38,200 nt of DNA from Bacillota bacterium (lineage in GTDB: Bacteria > Bacillota > Sulfobacillia > JAJZYS01 > JAJYTV01). Every line of letters starts with the position of its first letter. Within the stretch, counting starts at the first letter, position 1. The translations under genes were made by a program, and so were the position numbers. This document shows, one piece after another, positions 28,208 to 36,926 of this stretch. A model generated the notes under the pieces. That model saw nothing but the letters and a program-made list of their open reading frames with translations. It searched no databases and was not told where the DNA came from. The stretch is taken from NCBI GenBank assembly GCA_021810725.1, contig JAJZIE010000003.1:1-38200 (forward strand), written 5' to 3'.

Positions 28208-29377
28208 CTACGGTTGCTGGCTGTTGAGGAACTCCGCGAAGTGCGGCACGGTGAACGCCACGGTGCCGCGTTCGACGCTGTAGATCAGGCCCTTCCTGAG
28301 CAGACTGTCGCGGACGGGGGACAGGCTGCTCGGGCGCTTTTTCAGGTGTCCCGCAACTTCCGCCGTCGACACGCGGTCCGCGCCTAAAGCGGCCACCGCC
28401 TTGAGATAAGATCGCTCGGCCTGGGTAGCCCGCTCATAGCGTGAGCCGAAAAAGCCTGAGGCAAGCTCCTGGCGTGCGAGGCCTTCACTCGTCCGTACAT
28501 CGTCCTCAGTGATCGGACTTTTTGGTGCCACATCCCAGGCTTCCTTGGCGAACATCTGAATGAAGAATGGGTACCCGTCCGTCAGGGCCGCGAGGAGGTC
28601 GAGAGCCCCGCCGGTGTACGCTACGCCTTCACGTGCAGCCGGTGCGGTCACGGCGCGGTCTGTGTTGGATCTGCTCAGCCTGTCGACGGGGACATATTCG
28701 AACAGGCGCTCCGTATAACTCTTGGCGTCGCTCAGAACCGCGGGAAGGTGCGGCAGGCCAGCCCCCACGACCAGGATTCTGCCTCGGGTCTGGCTCATCT
28801 CGTGGCAGGCGACGGCCAACGAAGTGAGGTCTTGCTGGCTTGCATCCTGCAACTCGTCCATGAACAGACCGACACCGCCACCGACGCGCCGGACCAAAGC
28901 GTCTGCTTCCGCAAACAGCAGCGTCAGGTCGGCGGCGAGGTCGCCGGAATCAGCGCTGCCACGGGCGGCGTCGACATCAATGGCCAGTTGCCAGGTGCCG
29001 TCCGGGGACACCTTGAGCGAAAACGCTTTCAGCACGGCCAGGAACTGCCTGACCGCCCCTTTGGCACGCGATTCGGCCGCAAAGCGTCGCATCGCGACAT
29101 GCATGCTCTCAGCGATCTGCTGTCTAAGCGAGACGTCGCTGCGAACCTCCAGCTTGGCCGTGGTCCAGCCCTGCTCCAGGGCGACCGTTCGGAACCTGTT
29201 GAGTAGAACGGTCTTGCCTACACCACGAAGTCCCACGAGCATGACGCCGCGCACGGGACGGTCCTGCGCCGCCCGTGCGACCACTTGCTCAAACATGCGG
29301 ATCTCGCGATCCCTGCCCGCCAGTTCCGGAGGCTGCTGTCCAGCCCCAGGGGCGTAGGGATTGGTGACTGGATTCAT
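28208..29377 (-). CDS. AAA-family ATP-binding protein with C-terminal winged helix
   Basis: MNPVTNPYAPGAG..PPELAGRD, Walker A GLRGVGKT, Walker B LFMDELQ, GYPFFIQ, C-terminal RDSLLRKGLIY..FTVPHF. Confidence 0.9.
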   Translation of the reverse strand: MNPVTNPYAPGAGQQPPELAGRDREIRMFEQVVARAAQDRPVRGVMLVGLRGVGKTVLLNRFRTVALEQGWTTAKLEVRSDVSLRQQIAESMHVAMRRFAAESRAKGAVRQFLAVLKAFSLKVSPDGTWQLAIDVDAARGSADSGDLAADLTLLFAEADALVRRVGGGVGLFMDELQDASQQDLTSLAVACHEMSQTRGRILVVGAGLPHLPAVLSDAKSYTERLFEYVPVDRLSRSNTDRAVTAPAAREGVAYTGGALDLLAALTDGYPFFIQMFAKEAWDVAPKSPITEDDVRTSEGLARQELASGFFGSRYERATQAERSYLKAVAALGADRVSTAEVAGHLKKRPSSLSPVRDSLLRKGLIYSVERGTVAFTVPHFAEFLNSQQP

Positions 29378-29414
29378 GTATAGCATTGTATAGCGTTGTA
29401 TTGGTTTTTCGCAA
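29377..29414 (-). promoter_or_regulatory. Sigma-A-like promoter for a leaderless ATPase mRNA, overlapped by 10-bp direct repeats
   Basis: On the minus strand: TTGCGA-N18-TACAAT-N7-ATG, with no RBS. On the plus strand: TGTATAGCAT TGTATAGCGT TGTATTG. Confidence 0.6.
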
Positions 29415-29584
29415 TAGAGTCGAATGCATCGTCGCGGCCCTCCGCGTTGACGCGGGGCAGCGGGTGGGCGCGAGATGGCCAGCGGTGTTGGCGGGGCGTT
29501 CCAGAACCCGCTGGGGGCCACGGACCGGGGTTTTGCTTCGGCACAACGCGGACGCGCCGGCAGTTGCCCCAGGATCGAGCCGGT

Positions 29585-29623
29585 GCAAAAGGGCCGCCTC
29601 CCTCCCGGGAAGCGGCCCTTTGC
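29585..29623 (-). terminator. Intrinsic terminator of narK
   Basis: GCAAAAGGGCCGC / GCGGCCCTTTGC stem, with a T-run on the minus strand. Confidence 0.75.
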
Positions 29624-29681
29624 CCCTCGCAGCCCGTCTCAGCTTACGGCGGTCAGGTCGGCGGGGGTGCCGTGACGGCGC
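29594..29681. repeat. narK 3' end and terminator (copy 2 of duplicated segment)
   Basis: Exact 19-mer GGGGGTGCCGTGACGGCGC at 29663-29681 and GTCAGGTCG at 29652-29660, matching copy 1. Confidence 0.8.
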
Positions 29682-30955
29682 GCGAGGTTTCCCAGCCACC
29701 CGACGACCAGCATGTCGACGAGGATGACAGCCACCACGGCCAGAAGCCCGAGCGGATAGGTGCCGGTCTGGCCGGCGATGTAGCCCATCAGCGGTGGCAG
29801 CACAAAGCCGCCGAAGGCGCCGAGTCCCCCGACCCAACCCGACGCTCCGCCGACGGCCTGCGGTACGTAGCGCGGGACGAGCTTGAACACGACGGCGTTC
29901 TGCAGGCCGATACCGACCGCTAGCACCACCTCGCCGCCGACCGCCACCGCGACGCTCGGGGCGAAGGCCATGACGAGTGCCCCTACCAGCATGATCGCGA
30001 GGTTGCCCATCAGGGCGAAGCGCACCGTGACCCGGTCCGCCAAGAGACCGCCCGGTACGCGCACCAGCGACGCGAGCAGGGAGAAGGTCAGGGTGAGCAC
30101 GCCACCGGTGGTCAGGGACTCCTTGTAGGCGACGTGCCAGAGAGACGGCAGCCAGGTGGTGAGGGCGAGGAAGCCGCCGAACGAGAGGAAGTAGAGGAGG
30201 ACGAGCGCCCAGGTCTCCGGCACCCTGGCCGCCTCGCGCAGGCCCTGCCAGGTGGAGCCGGCCGGCATCATGTCCTGGCGCAGGCTGCGCATCGTCGCCG
30301 CGATCTCCTTGTCGCCGGCCCCCTGGCGCCTCAGCTGGAACCAGGGCGCGTCCTTGATGAAGACGGCGTAGAGGATCGCGATGACGAGCAGGAGGCCGAA
30401 CCAGATGCTGTAGGCGGAAAGGAGCCCGAGGCCGCCCACCGCCACCGGCAGGAGCCACGACGAAAGGCCCGGCGCCGCGTTGCCAAGACCCGCATAGACG
30501 CCGAGCGGACCGCCTTGGCGGCTCTTCGGGAACCAGTACGAGACCTGCGCGATGCCGACCGAGAAGGTGGCGATGCCGGACCCGATCAGCATGCCGAGGA
30601 TCAGGAGGATGGGGTAGAGTCCGGCCATGTGGTTCGGATAGTCCGCCCGGAGCAGGAGCAGCAGCAAGGCGATGCCGAGCAGGGTGATGCCGAGCAGGAT
30701 GAGGAAGGGGCGCTTGCCGCCGCGGCTGTCGACCCATGCGCCGAAGGGGATGCGCAGAAGCGAGCCGGTGAAGTTCGGGATGCCGGAGAGAAGGCCTGCC
30801 GCGGCTGGCGTCAGGCCAAGCAGCAGCGTGAACTTGGGCACCAGCGGTCCGAAGATGGCGACGCCCGCGAAGCCGCCGAAGAAGCCGAGTGTCGCGATCC
30901 AGAGCGCCTGGTTCATGGAGCCGGCGATGCGATACTTCCGTTGATCGGTGGGCAC
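29639..30955 (-). CDS. narK: Nitrate/nitrite MFS transporter (NNP family)
   Basis: GSLLRIPFG, GIATFSVGIAQVSYWFP..QG..LG..AGLGN, FGGFLA, GWVGGLGAFGGFVLPP. GGAGG precedes GTG 30955. Confidence 0.92.
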   Translation of the reverse strand: MPTDQRKYRIAGSMNQALWIATLGFFGGFAGVAIFGPLVPKFTLLLGLTPAAAGLLSGIPNFTGSLLRIPFGAWVDSRGGKRPFLILLGITLLGIALLLLLLRADYPNHMAGLYPILLILGMLIGSGIATFSVGIAQVSYWFPKSRQGGPLGVYAGLGNAAPGLSSWLLPVAVGGLGLLSAYSIWFGLLLVIAILYAVFIKDAPWFQLRRQGAGDKEIAATMRSLRQDMMPAGSTWQGLREAARVPETWALVLLYFLSFGGFLALTTWLPSLWHVAYKESLTTGGVLTLTFSLLASLVRVPGGLLADRVTVRFALMGNLAIMLVGALVMAFAPSVAVAVGGEVVLAVGIGLQNAVVFKLVPRYVPQAVGGASGWVGGLGAFGGFVLPPLMGYIAGQTGTYPLGLLAVVAVILVDMLVVGWLGNLARRHGTPADLTAVS

Positions 30956-31037
30956 GATGCGACCTCCCCAGAGGCAGTTGCCGACGGGCCCTGTCGGCCT
31001 TTCTCCTCCCATGTACCCTTGGGTAGAGCCGTCCTTT

Positions 31038-31053
31038 TGTGGCGCAGGTCACC
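31038..31053. promoter_or_regulatory. Crp/Fnr-like box upstream of narK
   Basis: TGTGG-CGCAGG-TCACC flanked by T and A runs (minus strand GGTGA-CCTGCG-CCACA). Confidence 0.6.
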
Positions 31054-31270
31054 AAAACCGGCCCGCTGGCCAGGAAGGGCCGCTTGGTTGGGCCGTCCGT
31101 CGGATGGCCACTCCTCCAACCGGCCGAACCGCCGTCCGAGAGGTCAAGAACATTGGGACGGGTCGAGGGGCGAGTCCGGCGTTCGCCCCTGCACGCAGAG
31201 CCCGCACCTCACCGTAAGTACCTGGAGGGAATACGGTGTAGCAATGTTCTGTCGGGAAGGAGAGATAGCT

Positions 31271-32752
31271 GTGGCCGATCACGCCATCGTCGAGTTTCCG
31301 ATTCCGACGCCCGGGAGCAACCCGTGGGACGTGGCGGTCGCCTCCGGGCCAGACGTCTGGTTCACGGAGTTCAACGCAAACAAGGTGGGGAGGTACCACG
31401 TTCCTACGGGGACGTTCACCGAACTCGAGCTGCCCACCCCGGACAGCCAGCCCGCAGGGATCACCGCGGACCCTTACGGCGTCATTTGGTTGGTGGAGGC
31501 GAACGGTAACAATCTGGCGCGCATCGATCCCGCGACCCTGGACATCCTCGAAGTGCCAATCCCGACACCGGACAGCCGTCCCCTCGCCATCGCCGTAGGG
31601 CCGGACGGCAACCTCTGGTTCACGGAAGCGTTCGCCTCGCAGGTCGGCCGTCTCGAGCTCTCGAGTACGAGCATCACCGAGTTCCCCACGCCGACGCCGA
31701 ACGCCACGCCGATGGGCATCGCCGGAGGACCGGCAAGCGTCTGGTTTACCGAATCGCACCCCGGGGCCGCCGCCATCGTGCAGATCGTCCTGGCCACCAT
31801 GGGCATGGCCGAGGTGAAGTTGCCGGATCCGGACAGTTCGCCGCTAGCGATCACGCTGGGACCTGACGGCAACATGTGGTTCACGGCGCCAGGCACCACC
31901 GGGCTCGGCAGCGGCCTGGGCAAGGTCAGTCCGGTCTCGCTCGCGGTCACCATGCTCTCGACCCCGACGCCCAAGTCGGCGGTGGCCGGCATCGCGGCGG
32001 GGCCCGACCACAATGTCTGGTTCACCGAGGGCATCGGCAATCTCGGCTTCGTGAATCCGGACACCCTGGCCATCACCGAGATCCCCGCGGGGGCCGGACG
32101 CAGTCCGTTCCTGCTCACGACCGGCTTCGATGGCACGCTCTGGTTCACGGACCCGGCCACGAACAGTCTGGGCGAGGTCTTCGTGCGGGTCGCTCCGGGG
32201 CCGTGCGGACCTGGCGGCTGCCCGGCTCCGACCGAGATCGCCTGCATCGTCGTCGACAAGGTTTTCGACTACTGCTACCAGCAGGACACGTCGCCGATGG
32301 TCTGCGCTCCTCTGCTGGAGGACCCGCCGCCAGGCCCTGTCGTCAGTTGCACCGTGTCCGCCGTCAGCTGCACCTTCGCGAGCAGCGTGCCTGCCGCCAG
32401 CACCGACTACGTCAACGCCACCTTCGTGCTGAGCGCCACGGTCACGTTCAGCGTCCAGTTCGACGCCATCTGCTACGTCGCCCAGGAACCGGTCAGCCTG
32501 TTCAAGACGGTGACGCTCTGCGGCCCAACGGGAACCACTCCGTCGTGCGCGGTGGTCAGCGCGACATGCATCCCGCCTGTCGTCATCGACGAGGAGGTCT
32601 GCACCACCGTGACCTTCTGCGCGACCTTCGCCTCGACCGCCCAGGTCCAGCTGCTCGTACCCGCCTACGGCTACTGCACGCCCGCGCCCTGCGTGACCCT
32701 GCCCCTGGGCGCATGCCCCCCGTCGCCCATCTTCCCGCCTCAGTGCACCTGA
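31271..32752 (+). CDS. Vgb-like seven-bladed beta-propeller fused to Cys-rich C-terminal domain
   Basis: Seven E.P.PTP.S.P..I..GPDG..WFT repeats, then about 185 aa with 17 Cys (CIVVDKVFDYC...QLLVPAYGYC). GAAGGAG precedes GTG 31271. Confidence 0.85.
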   Translation: MADHAIVEFPIPTPGSNPWDVAVASGPDVWFTEFNANKVGRYHVPTGTFTELELPTPDSQPAGITADPYGVIWLVEANGNNLARIDPATLDILEVPIPTPDSRPLAIAVGPDGNLWFTEAFASQVGRLELSSTSITEFPTPTPNATPMGIAGGPASVWFTESHPGAAAIVQIVLATMGMAEVKLPDPDSSPLAITLGPDGNMWFTAPGTTGLGSGLGKVSPVSLAVTMLSTPTPKSAVAGIAAGPDHNVWFTEGIGNLGFVNPDTLAITEIPAGAGRSPFLLTTGFDGTLWFTDPATNSLGEVFVRVAPGPCGPGGCPAPTEIACIVVDKVFDYCYQQDTSPMVCAPLLEDPPPGPVVSCTVSAVSCTFASSVPAASTDYVNATFVLSATVTFSVQFDAICYVAQEPVSLFKTVTLCGPTGTTPSCAVVSATCIPPVVIDEEVCTTVTFCATFASTAQVQLLVPAYGYCTPAPCVTLPLGACPPSPIFPPQCT

Positions 32753-32756
32753 AAGC

Positions 32757-32808
32757 GGGGCGCGAAGGACCGCCTCTGGCGCACGCCAGGTGGTCCTTCG
32801 TGTCCCTT
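32757..32808 (+). terminator. Long hairpin after the Vgb-like gene
   Basis: GGGGCGCGAAGGACCGCCT / AGGTGGTCCTTCGTGTCCC stem with G-U pairs and a short TT tail. Confidence 0.55.
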
Positions 32809-32976
32809 GGCCCACATCGGCGGCGGGCGCACCTGCAGCTCCGTGGCGCGAGCTGCCACACGGCTGGAGCAGCGGGGACCGCCATGCGAACCGCGGGAGG
32901 AGTCCTGGTCGCCAGCGGACGTACGTTGCCAGTGGACCAGGCACCGTCTAGCATGGCAGCGTAGGCGGTGATCTGG

Positions 32977-33597
32977 ATGTTCCTGCTGGTCGACAACTAC
33001 GACTCCTTCACCTACAACTTGGTGCAGCATCTTGGTCGCCTCGGCGTGGAGACCAAGGTGCTGCGCAATGACGCATGCACTGTTGAGGATGTAAGGAACT
33101 CGGCTGCCGAGGCGGTTGTGCTCTCGCCTGGCCCGGGCAGGCCCGAAGACGCCGGCGTGTGCGTACCGCTCGTACAGGCACTCTTCTCTCGTCTGCCGAT
33201 CTTCGGCGTCTGCCTCGGCATGCAGGCGATCGCGGCCGCGTTTGGCGGCCAGATCATCGGCGCGCAGCGCCCGCTTCACGGCAAGCAGGCACCCGCCTGG
33301 CACGTCGGCGAGGGCAGCCTGCGCAGTCTGCCTTCGCCACTGACGGTCTGCCGCTACCACTCACTCGTCGTGGATCCCAAGACGCTGCCTCCCGAGCTGG
33401 CGGTGACGGCCTGGAGCGCCGAGGGCGAGGTGATGGCCCTGCGCCACCGCGGGGCCCCCGTCGAAGGTCTCCAGTTCCATCCGGAGTCCGCCTTCACCGT
33501 GCACGGCATCGACATTCTGGCGAACTTCGTGGCCGAGGTGCGCGGCCTTTGCCCAGAGCCACCCCTTCCGGAACGGCGTGAGGCGCACCATGTCTGA
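32977..33597 (+). CDS. pabA: Aminodeoxychorismate/anthranilate synthase component II (glutamine amidotransferase)
   Basis: LLVDNYDSFTYNL, SPGPGRP, GVCLGMQ, RYHSL, QFHPES. Confidence 0.93.
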   Translation: MFLLVDNYDSFTYNLVQHLGRLGVETKVLRNDACTVEDVRNSAAEAVVLSPGPGRPEDAGVCVPLVQALFSRLPIFGVCLGMQAIAAAFGGQIIGAQRPLHGKQAPAWHVGEGSLRSLPSPLTVCRYHSLVVDPKTLPPELAVTAWSAEGEVMALRHRGAPVEGLQFHPESAFTVHGIDILANFVAEVRGLCPEPPLPERREAHHV

Positions 33598-35005
33598 GAG
33601 GCCGGTGGTCATCGCCAGGGTACAGGGACAGTTCGACCCCTCTGGCCTCTTCGACCGGCTGCCACCGTCCCAAGACCGGTTTCTCCTGGAGTCTGGACCG
33701 ACCGGACCGGAGGAGACGCGTCGCTGGTCGTTCCTTGGCAGCCGGCCATTTGCCGTCTTCACGCTGCACGACGGCGAAACCCGCTTAAAGACGCAGGATG
33801 GCGAGCGTCTGCTGCCCGGGGATCCCTTTGCCGCTCTCGATGCCCTGCTTTCGCAGTGGCGCCTTGAACACGTGGCCGGCCTGCCGCCGCTCGCGGGAGG
33901 CTTCGTCGGCTATTTCGCCTACGATAGCGGACGCTACATCGAACGGCTGCCCGCGACCGCCCTGAACGAATCTTCACTCCCGGACATCTACCTCTGCGCC
34001 TACGATGCGCTGCTTGCCATCGACCACTCAGGCGGCGAGGCGTGGGTGATCGCGTCACCCCTGCCGGGGCGCGAGGAGGCCGCGGCAAGGCTGGCGCAGG
34101 AATTGGCCCGGGTTGTGACCGAGACCGTGCCGGCCCGGGAAATGGCGCCGAAAGAAGCCGTGCCGGAGGCGGCCATCCGGGTCCGGTCGAACTTCGACCG
34201 CGCGGGCTACAGCAGTGCGGTGGAACGTGCGCGGGACTACATTCGGGCCGGCGACATCTTCGAGGTGAACCTGTCGCAGCGCTTCACAGCAGGCGTGCCT
34301 TTCCCCGCACGCAGGCTCCACGAGCGACTGCGCGCTCTTAGCCCGGCGCCTTTCAGCGCGTACCTGGACGCCGGAAGGTTCCAGGTCGTGAGTTCGTCGC
34401 CAGAGCGCTTTCTCCGTGTCGACGAGCTGCGCCGCGTGGAGACGCGCCCGATCAAGGGAACGCGGCCGCGCGGCAAGGGAGCGCGGCAGGACGCCGAGCT
34501 TGCCAGGGAGCTGCTCGCGAGCGAGAAGGACCAGGCGGAGCTCAACATGATCGTGGACCTTTCGCGCAACGATCTTGGCCGCGTCTGTCAGATTGGTACG
34601 GTACGTGTCAGCGCGGCCCGCAGGCTAGAGCGCTACGCGAACGTCCACCATGCGGTGGCGGTGATCGAGGGGGAGCTGATGCCCACCGCGACCATGGGGG
34701 ACCTTCTGCGGGCGACACTGCCTGGGGGATCGATCACTGGCGCACCGAAGATCCGCGCCATGGAGATCATCGAGGAACTCGAGGGCGTACGCCGCAACGC
34801 CTACTGCGGCGCCTTGGGATACCTCGGCTTCACGGGGCAGCTCGATCTGAGCATCATGATCCGCACCATGGTCTGCGCCGACGGCCGCGTGACCTTCGGC
34901 GCGGGCGGTGCCGTCGTGCTCGACTCGGACCCGGATGGGGAGTATGACGAGACCCTGGCCAAGGCGAGCGCGATGCTGCAGGCGCTGGGCGCAGAGGTTG
35001 TCTGA
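33590..35005 (+). CDS. pabB: Aminodeoxychorismate synthase component I
   Basis: FLLES, GYFAYD, GDIFEVNLSQR, SSPERF, the PabB-type RPIKGT motif, MIVDLSRNDLG, PGGSITGAPKIRAM. Confidence 0.93.
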   Translation: MSERPVVIARVQGQFDPSGLFDRLPPSQDRFLLESGPTGPEETRRWSFLGSRPFAVFTLHDGETRLKTQDGERLLPGDPFAALDALLSQWRLEHVAGLPPLAGGFVGYFAYDSGRYIERLPATALNESSLPDIYLCAYDALLAIDHSGGEAWVIASPLPGREEAAARLAQELARVVTETVPAREMAPKEAVPEAAIRVRSNFDRAGYSSAVERARDYIRAGDIFEVNLSQRFTAGVPFPARRLHERLRALSPAPFSAYLDAGRFQVVSSSPERFLRVDELRRVETRPIKGTRPRGKGARQDAELARELLASEKDQAELNMIVDLSRNDLGRVCQIGTVRVSAARRLERYANVHHAVAVIEGELMPTATMGDLLRATLPGGSITGAPKIRAMEIIEELEGVRRNAYCGALGYLGFTGQLDLSIMIRTMVCADGRVTFGAGGAVVLDSDPDGEYDETLAKASAMLQALGAEVV

Positions 35006-35050
35006 AGGCCGTGGTGTGGTCCTGGGTCACGCGAAGGAGCTGGTGGAGCT

Positions 35051-35965
35051 TTGAGCCCGCAAGGTCCCGGTGGCAACCGGGGGGGACCCGTCGTCTGGGT
35101 GGCTTCATCGGACGCTCGAGCCCGGTTCTTGCCCAGCCATGCCGTGTCCGTGCCGCTCGATGACCGTGGTCTGCGCTACGGCGACGGACTCTTCGAGACG
35201 ATGCGGGTCCAACGTGGCGGTTTGCCGTTCATCGAGCGTCACGTCGCGAGACTGCGCGACGGGCTGAGGTCGCTGCGTTTTCCAGAGCTCGCTCTGAGCG
35301 ACCGGGAGATCGTCCAGGGCTGTGTCGACACGGCCCGCCGAAACGGAGTCGAGAATGGTTTCCTGCGCCTCGCCGTGAGCCGCGGCAGTGGACCGCGCGG
35401 TTTCGGACCACCCGCCGCGGCATCCTGGCGGCTGACGGCCGAGGTGGGAACGGGCGAGGGCGGGCCCGATATGCCGGACCCACTGACCTGCGTCGTCGCC
35501 CCCTGGCGGCTGGACGCCGGCTACCCCGGCAACCGGCTGAAGTCGTGGAGCGCGTTGGACAAGGTACTCGCGATGCAGCACGCGCAGGCCCAGGGCGCGG
35601 ACGAGTGCCTCTTTTTGAACATGGACGGTCAGCTCGTCGAGGGCACCCGGGCGAACCTTTTCCTTGTGGCCGGGAGCGACATCGTCACGCCGGACCTGGC
35701 TTCGGGCCCACTCCCCGGCATCGCTCGCGGTCTCGTGCTGGAGTTGGCAAGGCTGGCCGGCATGACGGTTCGGGAGGCGAAACTTCCGCTGAGTTCCGTG
35801 TCCGAGGCGAGCGAGATGTTCGTGACGAGCGCCTTTCGGGGCGTCGTGCCCGTGCGGGCGGTCGCGAATCTGGCCCTGCCGTCCGCACCAGGGCCTGTGA
35901 CGCGCGCGGTTCGGCAGCTCGTGGAGGCGGCCATGGACAAGGCGGCGACACACGCCAAGCCCTGA
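35051..35965 (+). CDS. pabC: Aminotransferase class IV, probable aminodeoxychorismate lyase
   Basis: DRGLRYGDGLFETMR, HVARL, LKS (PLP Lys), EGTRANLF, LPGIAR. It follows pabB. Confidence 0.8.
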   Translation: MSPQGPGGNRGGPVVWVASSDARARFLPSHAVSVPLDDRGLRYGDGLFETMRVQRGGLPFIERHVARLRDGLRSLRFPELALSDREIVQGCVDTARRNGVENGFLRLAVSRGSGPRGFGPPAAASWRLTAEVGTGEGGPDMPDPLTCVVAPWRLDAGYPGNRLKSWSALDKVLAMQHAQAQGADECLFLNMDGQLVEGTRANLFLVAGSDIVTPDLASGPLPGIARGLVLELARLAGMTVREAKLPLSSVSEASEMFVTSAFRGVVPVRAVANLALPSAPGPVTRAVRQLVEAAMDKAATHAKP

Positions 35966-35966
35966 C

Positions 35967-36224
35967 CTAGGACCGGGGCGCGCGCGGTGGCCTCACGCGA
36001 CGGCTGGCGGCGATGACGACGCTGAGGCTGACGCCCTCCATCAGCACCAGGGCCGCTACCCCGATCCACTGCTCCGTGCTGAGCGGACGTGGCTGCCTGA
36101 AGACCATGACGAAGAGCGCGACCAGGATCACGAGGGACAGAGACTGCAGCGCGACACTCCAGGCCAGTCCGCGACGTGGCAAGGCTCCGCCGGGACGCCG
36201 AGGAACGGACGTGTCAGGAGCCAC
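35967..36224 (-). CDS. Small two-TM membrane protein, possibly 3' remnant of a gene cut by the IS607 element
   Basis: LAWSVALQSLSLVILVALFVMVF and WIGVAALVLMEGVSLSVVIAA hydrophobic helices. There is no good RBS, and the 5' end abuts the IS left end. Confidence 0.5.
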   Translation of the reverse strand: MAPDTSVPRRPGGALPRRGLAWSVALQSLSLVILVALFVMVFRQPRPLSTEQWIGVAALVLMEGVSLSVVIAASRRVRPPRAPRS

Positions 36225-36232
36225 CCTGAGTC

Positions 36233-36278
36233 CATGACACCTCTTGACAAGGCATGATGAACACCACACGATGGGAAT
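36233..36278 (+). promoter_or_regulatory. IS607 left-end repeats and leaderless tnpA promoter
   Basis: C(A/T)TGA at 36233, 36243 and 36253. TTGACA(36244)-N17-CACGAT(36267)-N6-ATG. Confidence 0.6.
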
Positions 36279-36926
36279 ATGAACCAGGAACAGATGCTGT
36301 CCACTGGGCAGGTCGCGGAGCGTCTCGGCATGACCGTGCGCACTGTCTACCGTTGGGAAAAGGCGGGGCGGTTGCATCCTGTGCGGCTGCCGACGGGACA
36401 GCGGAGATTCCCGGCGAGCGAAGTTGACGCGCTCCTTCACGCAAAGGCACGGGCGGTGCCGCGTTGCGTCGTCTACGCTCGCGTCTCCAGCGGGAAGCAG
36501 GCGGAGGCTGGCAACCTCGATCGGCAGCGCGAACGATTGGTCGCGGCGGCAGCAGAGCGACGCTACAAACTGGTCGCAACCGTCACGGAACGGGCCTCGG
36601 GATTGAACGAGAAGCGCAAGGGTCTGCACCGCCTGTTCCACATGGCCGCTGCCGACGAGATCGACGTGGTGCTGGTGGAGTTCAAGGATCGCCTGGCGCG
36701 TTTCGGCTTCGCCTATGTGGTCGAAGCGCTGGCGGCACACGGCGTCCGCGTCGAGGTGCTGGACGGACCGGTCGCAACCGACGCGACCCAGGAACTTGTG
36801 CAGGACATGCTCGCGATCGTCGCCGTGTTCGCCGCAAGGCTCTACGGGGGACGGCCACAGCGATTCCGCCACAAAGTCCAGGAGGCGGCGCAGGAACTGG
36901 ATGACGAGGTGATGGGCGATGCCTGA
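36279..36926 (+). CDS. tnpA: IS607-family serine transposase
   Basis: N-terminal MerR-like HTH (LSTGQVAERLG..TVYRWEKAG), YARVSS catalytic Ser, ASGLNEKR, KDRLARFG, ELVQDMLAIV..ARLYG. Confidence 0.95.
   Translation: MNQEQMLSTGQVAERLGMTVRTVYRWEKAGRLHPVRLPTGQRRFPASEVDALLHAKARAVPRCVVYARVSSGKQAEAGNLDRQRERLVAAAAERRYKLVATVTERASGLNEKRKGLHRLFHMAAADEIDVVLVEFKDRLARFGFAYVVEALAAHGVRVEVLDGPVATDATQELVQDMLAIVAVFAARLYGGRPQRFRHKVQEAAQELDDEVMGDA

Noticed and set aside
30134-31270. N-terminal 379 codons of the 872-aa ORF
   Set aside because: This stretch is antisense to narK and its promoter. The real gene starts at GTG 31271 after an RBS.
31280-32180. Repetitive DNA (CCGACGCC, TGGTTCAC units) that could suggest an array
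   Set aside because: These are coding repeats of beta-propeller blades, not CRISPR repeats or a nucleotide-level tandem array.
32810-32965. Possible THF or other riboswitch upstream of pabA
   Set aside because: GC-rich pairing is possible, but no recognisable aptamer consensus is present.
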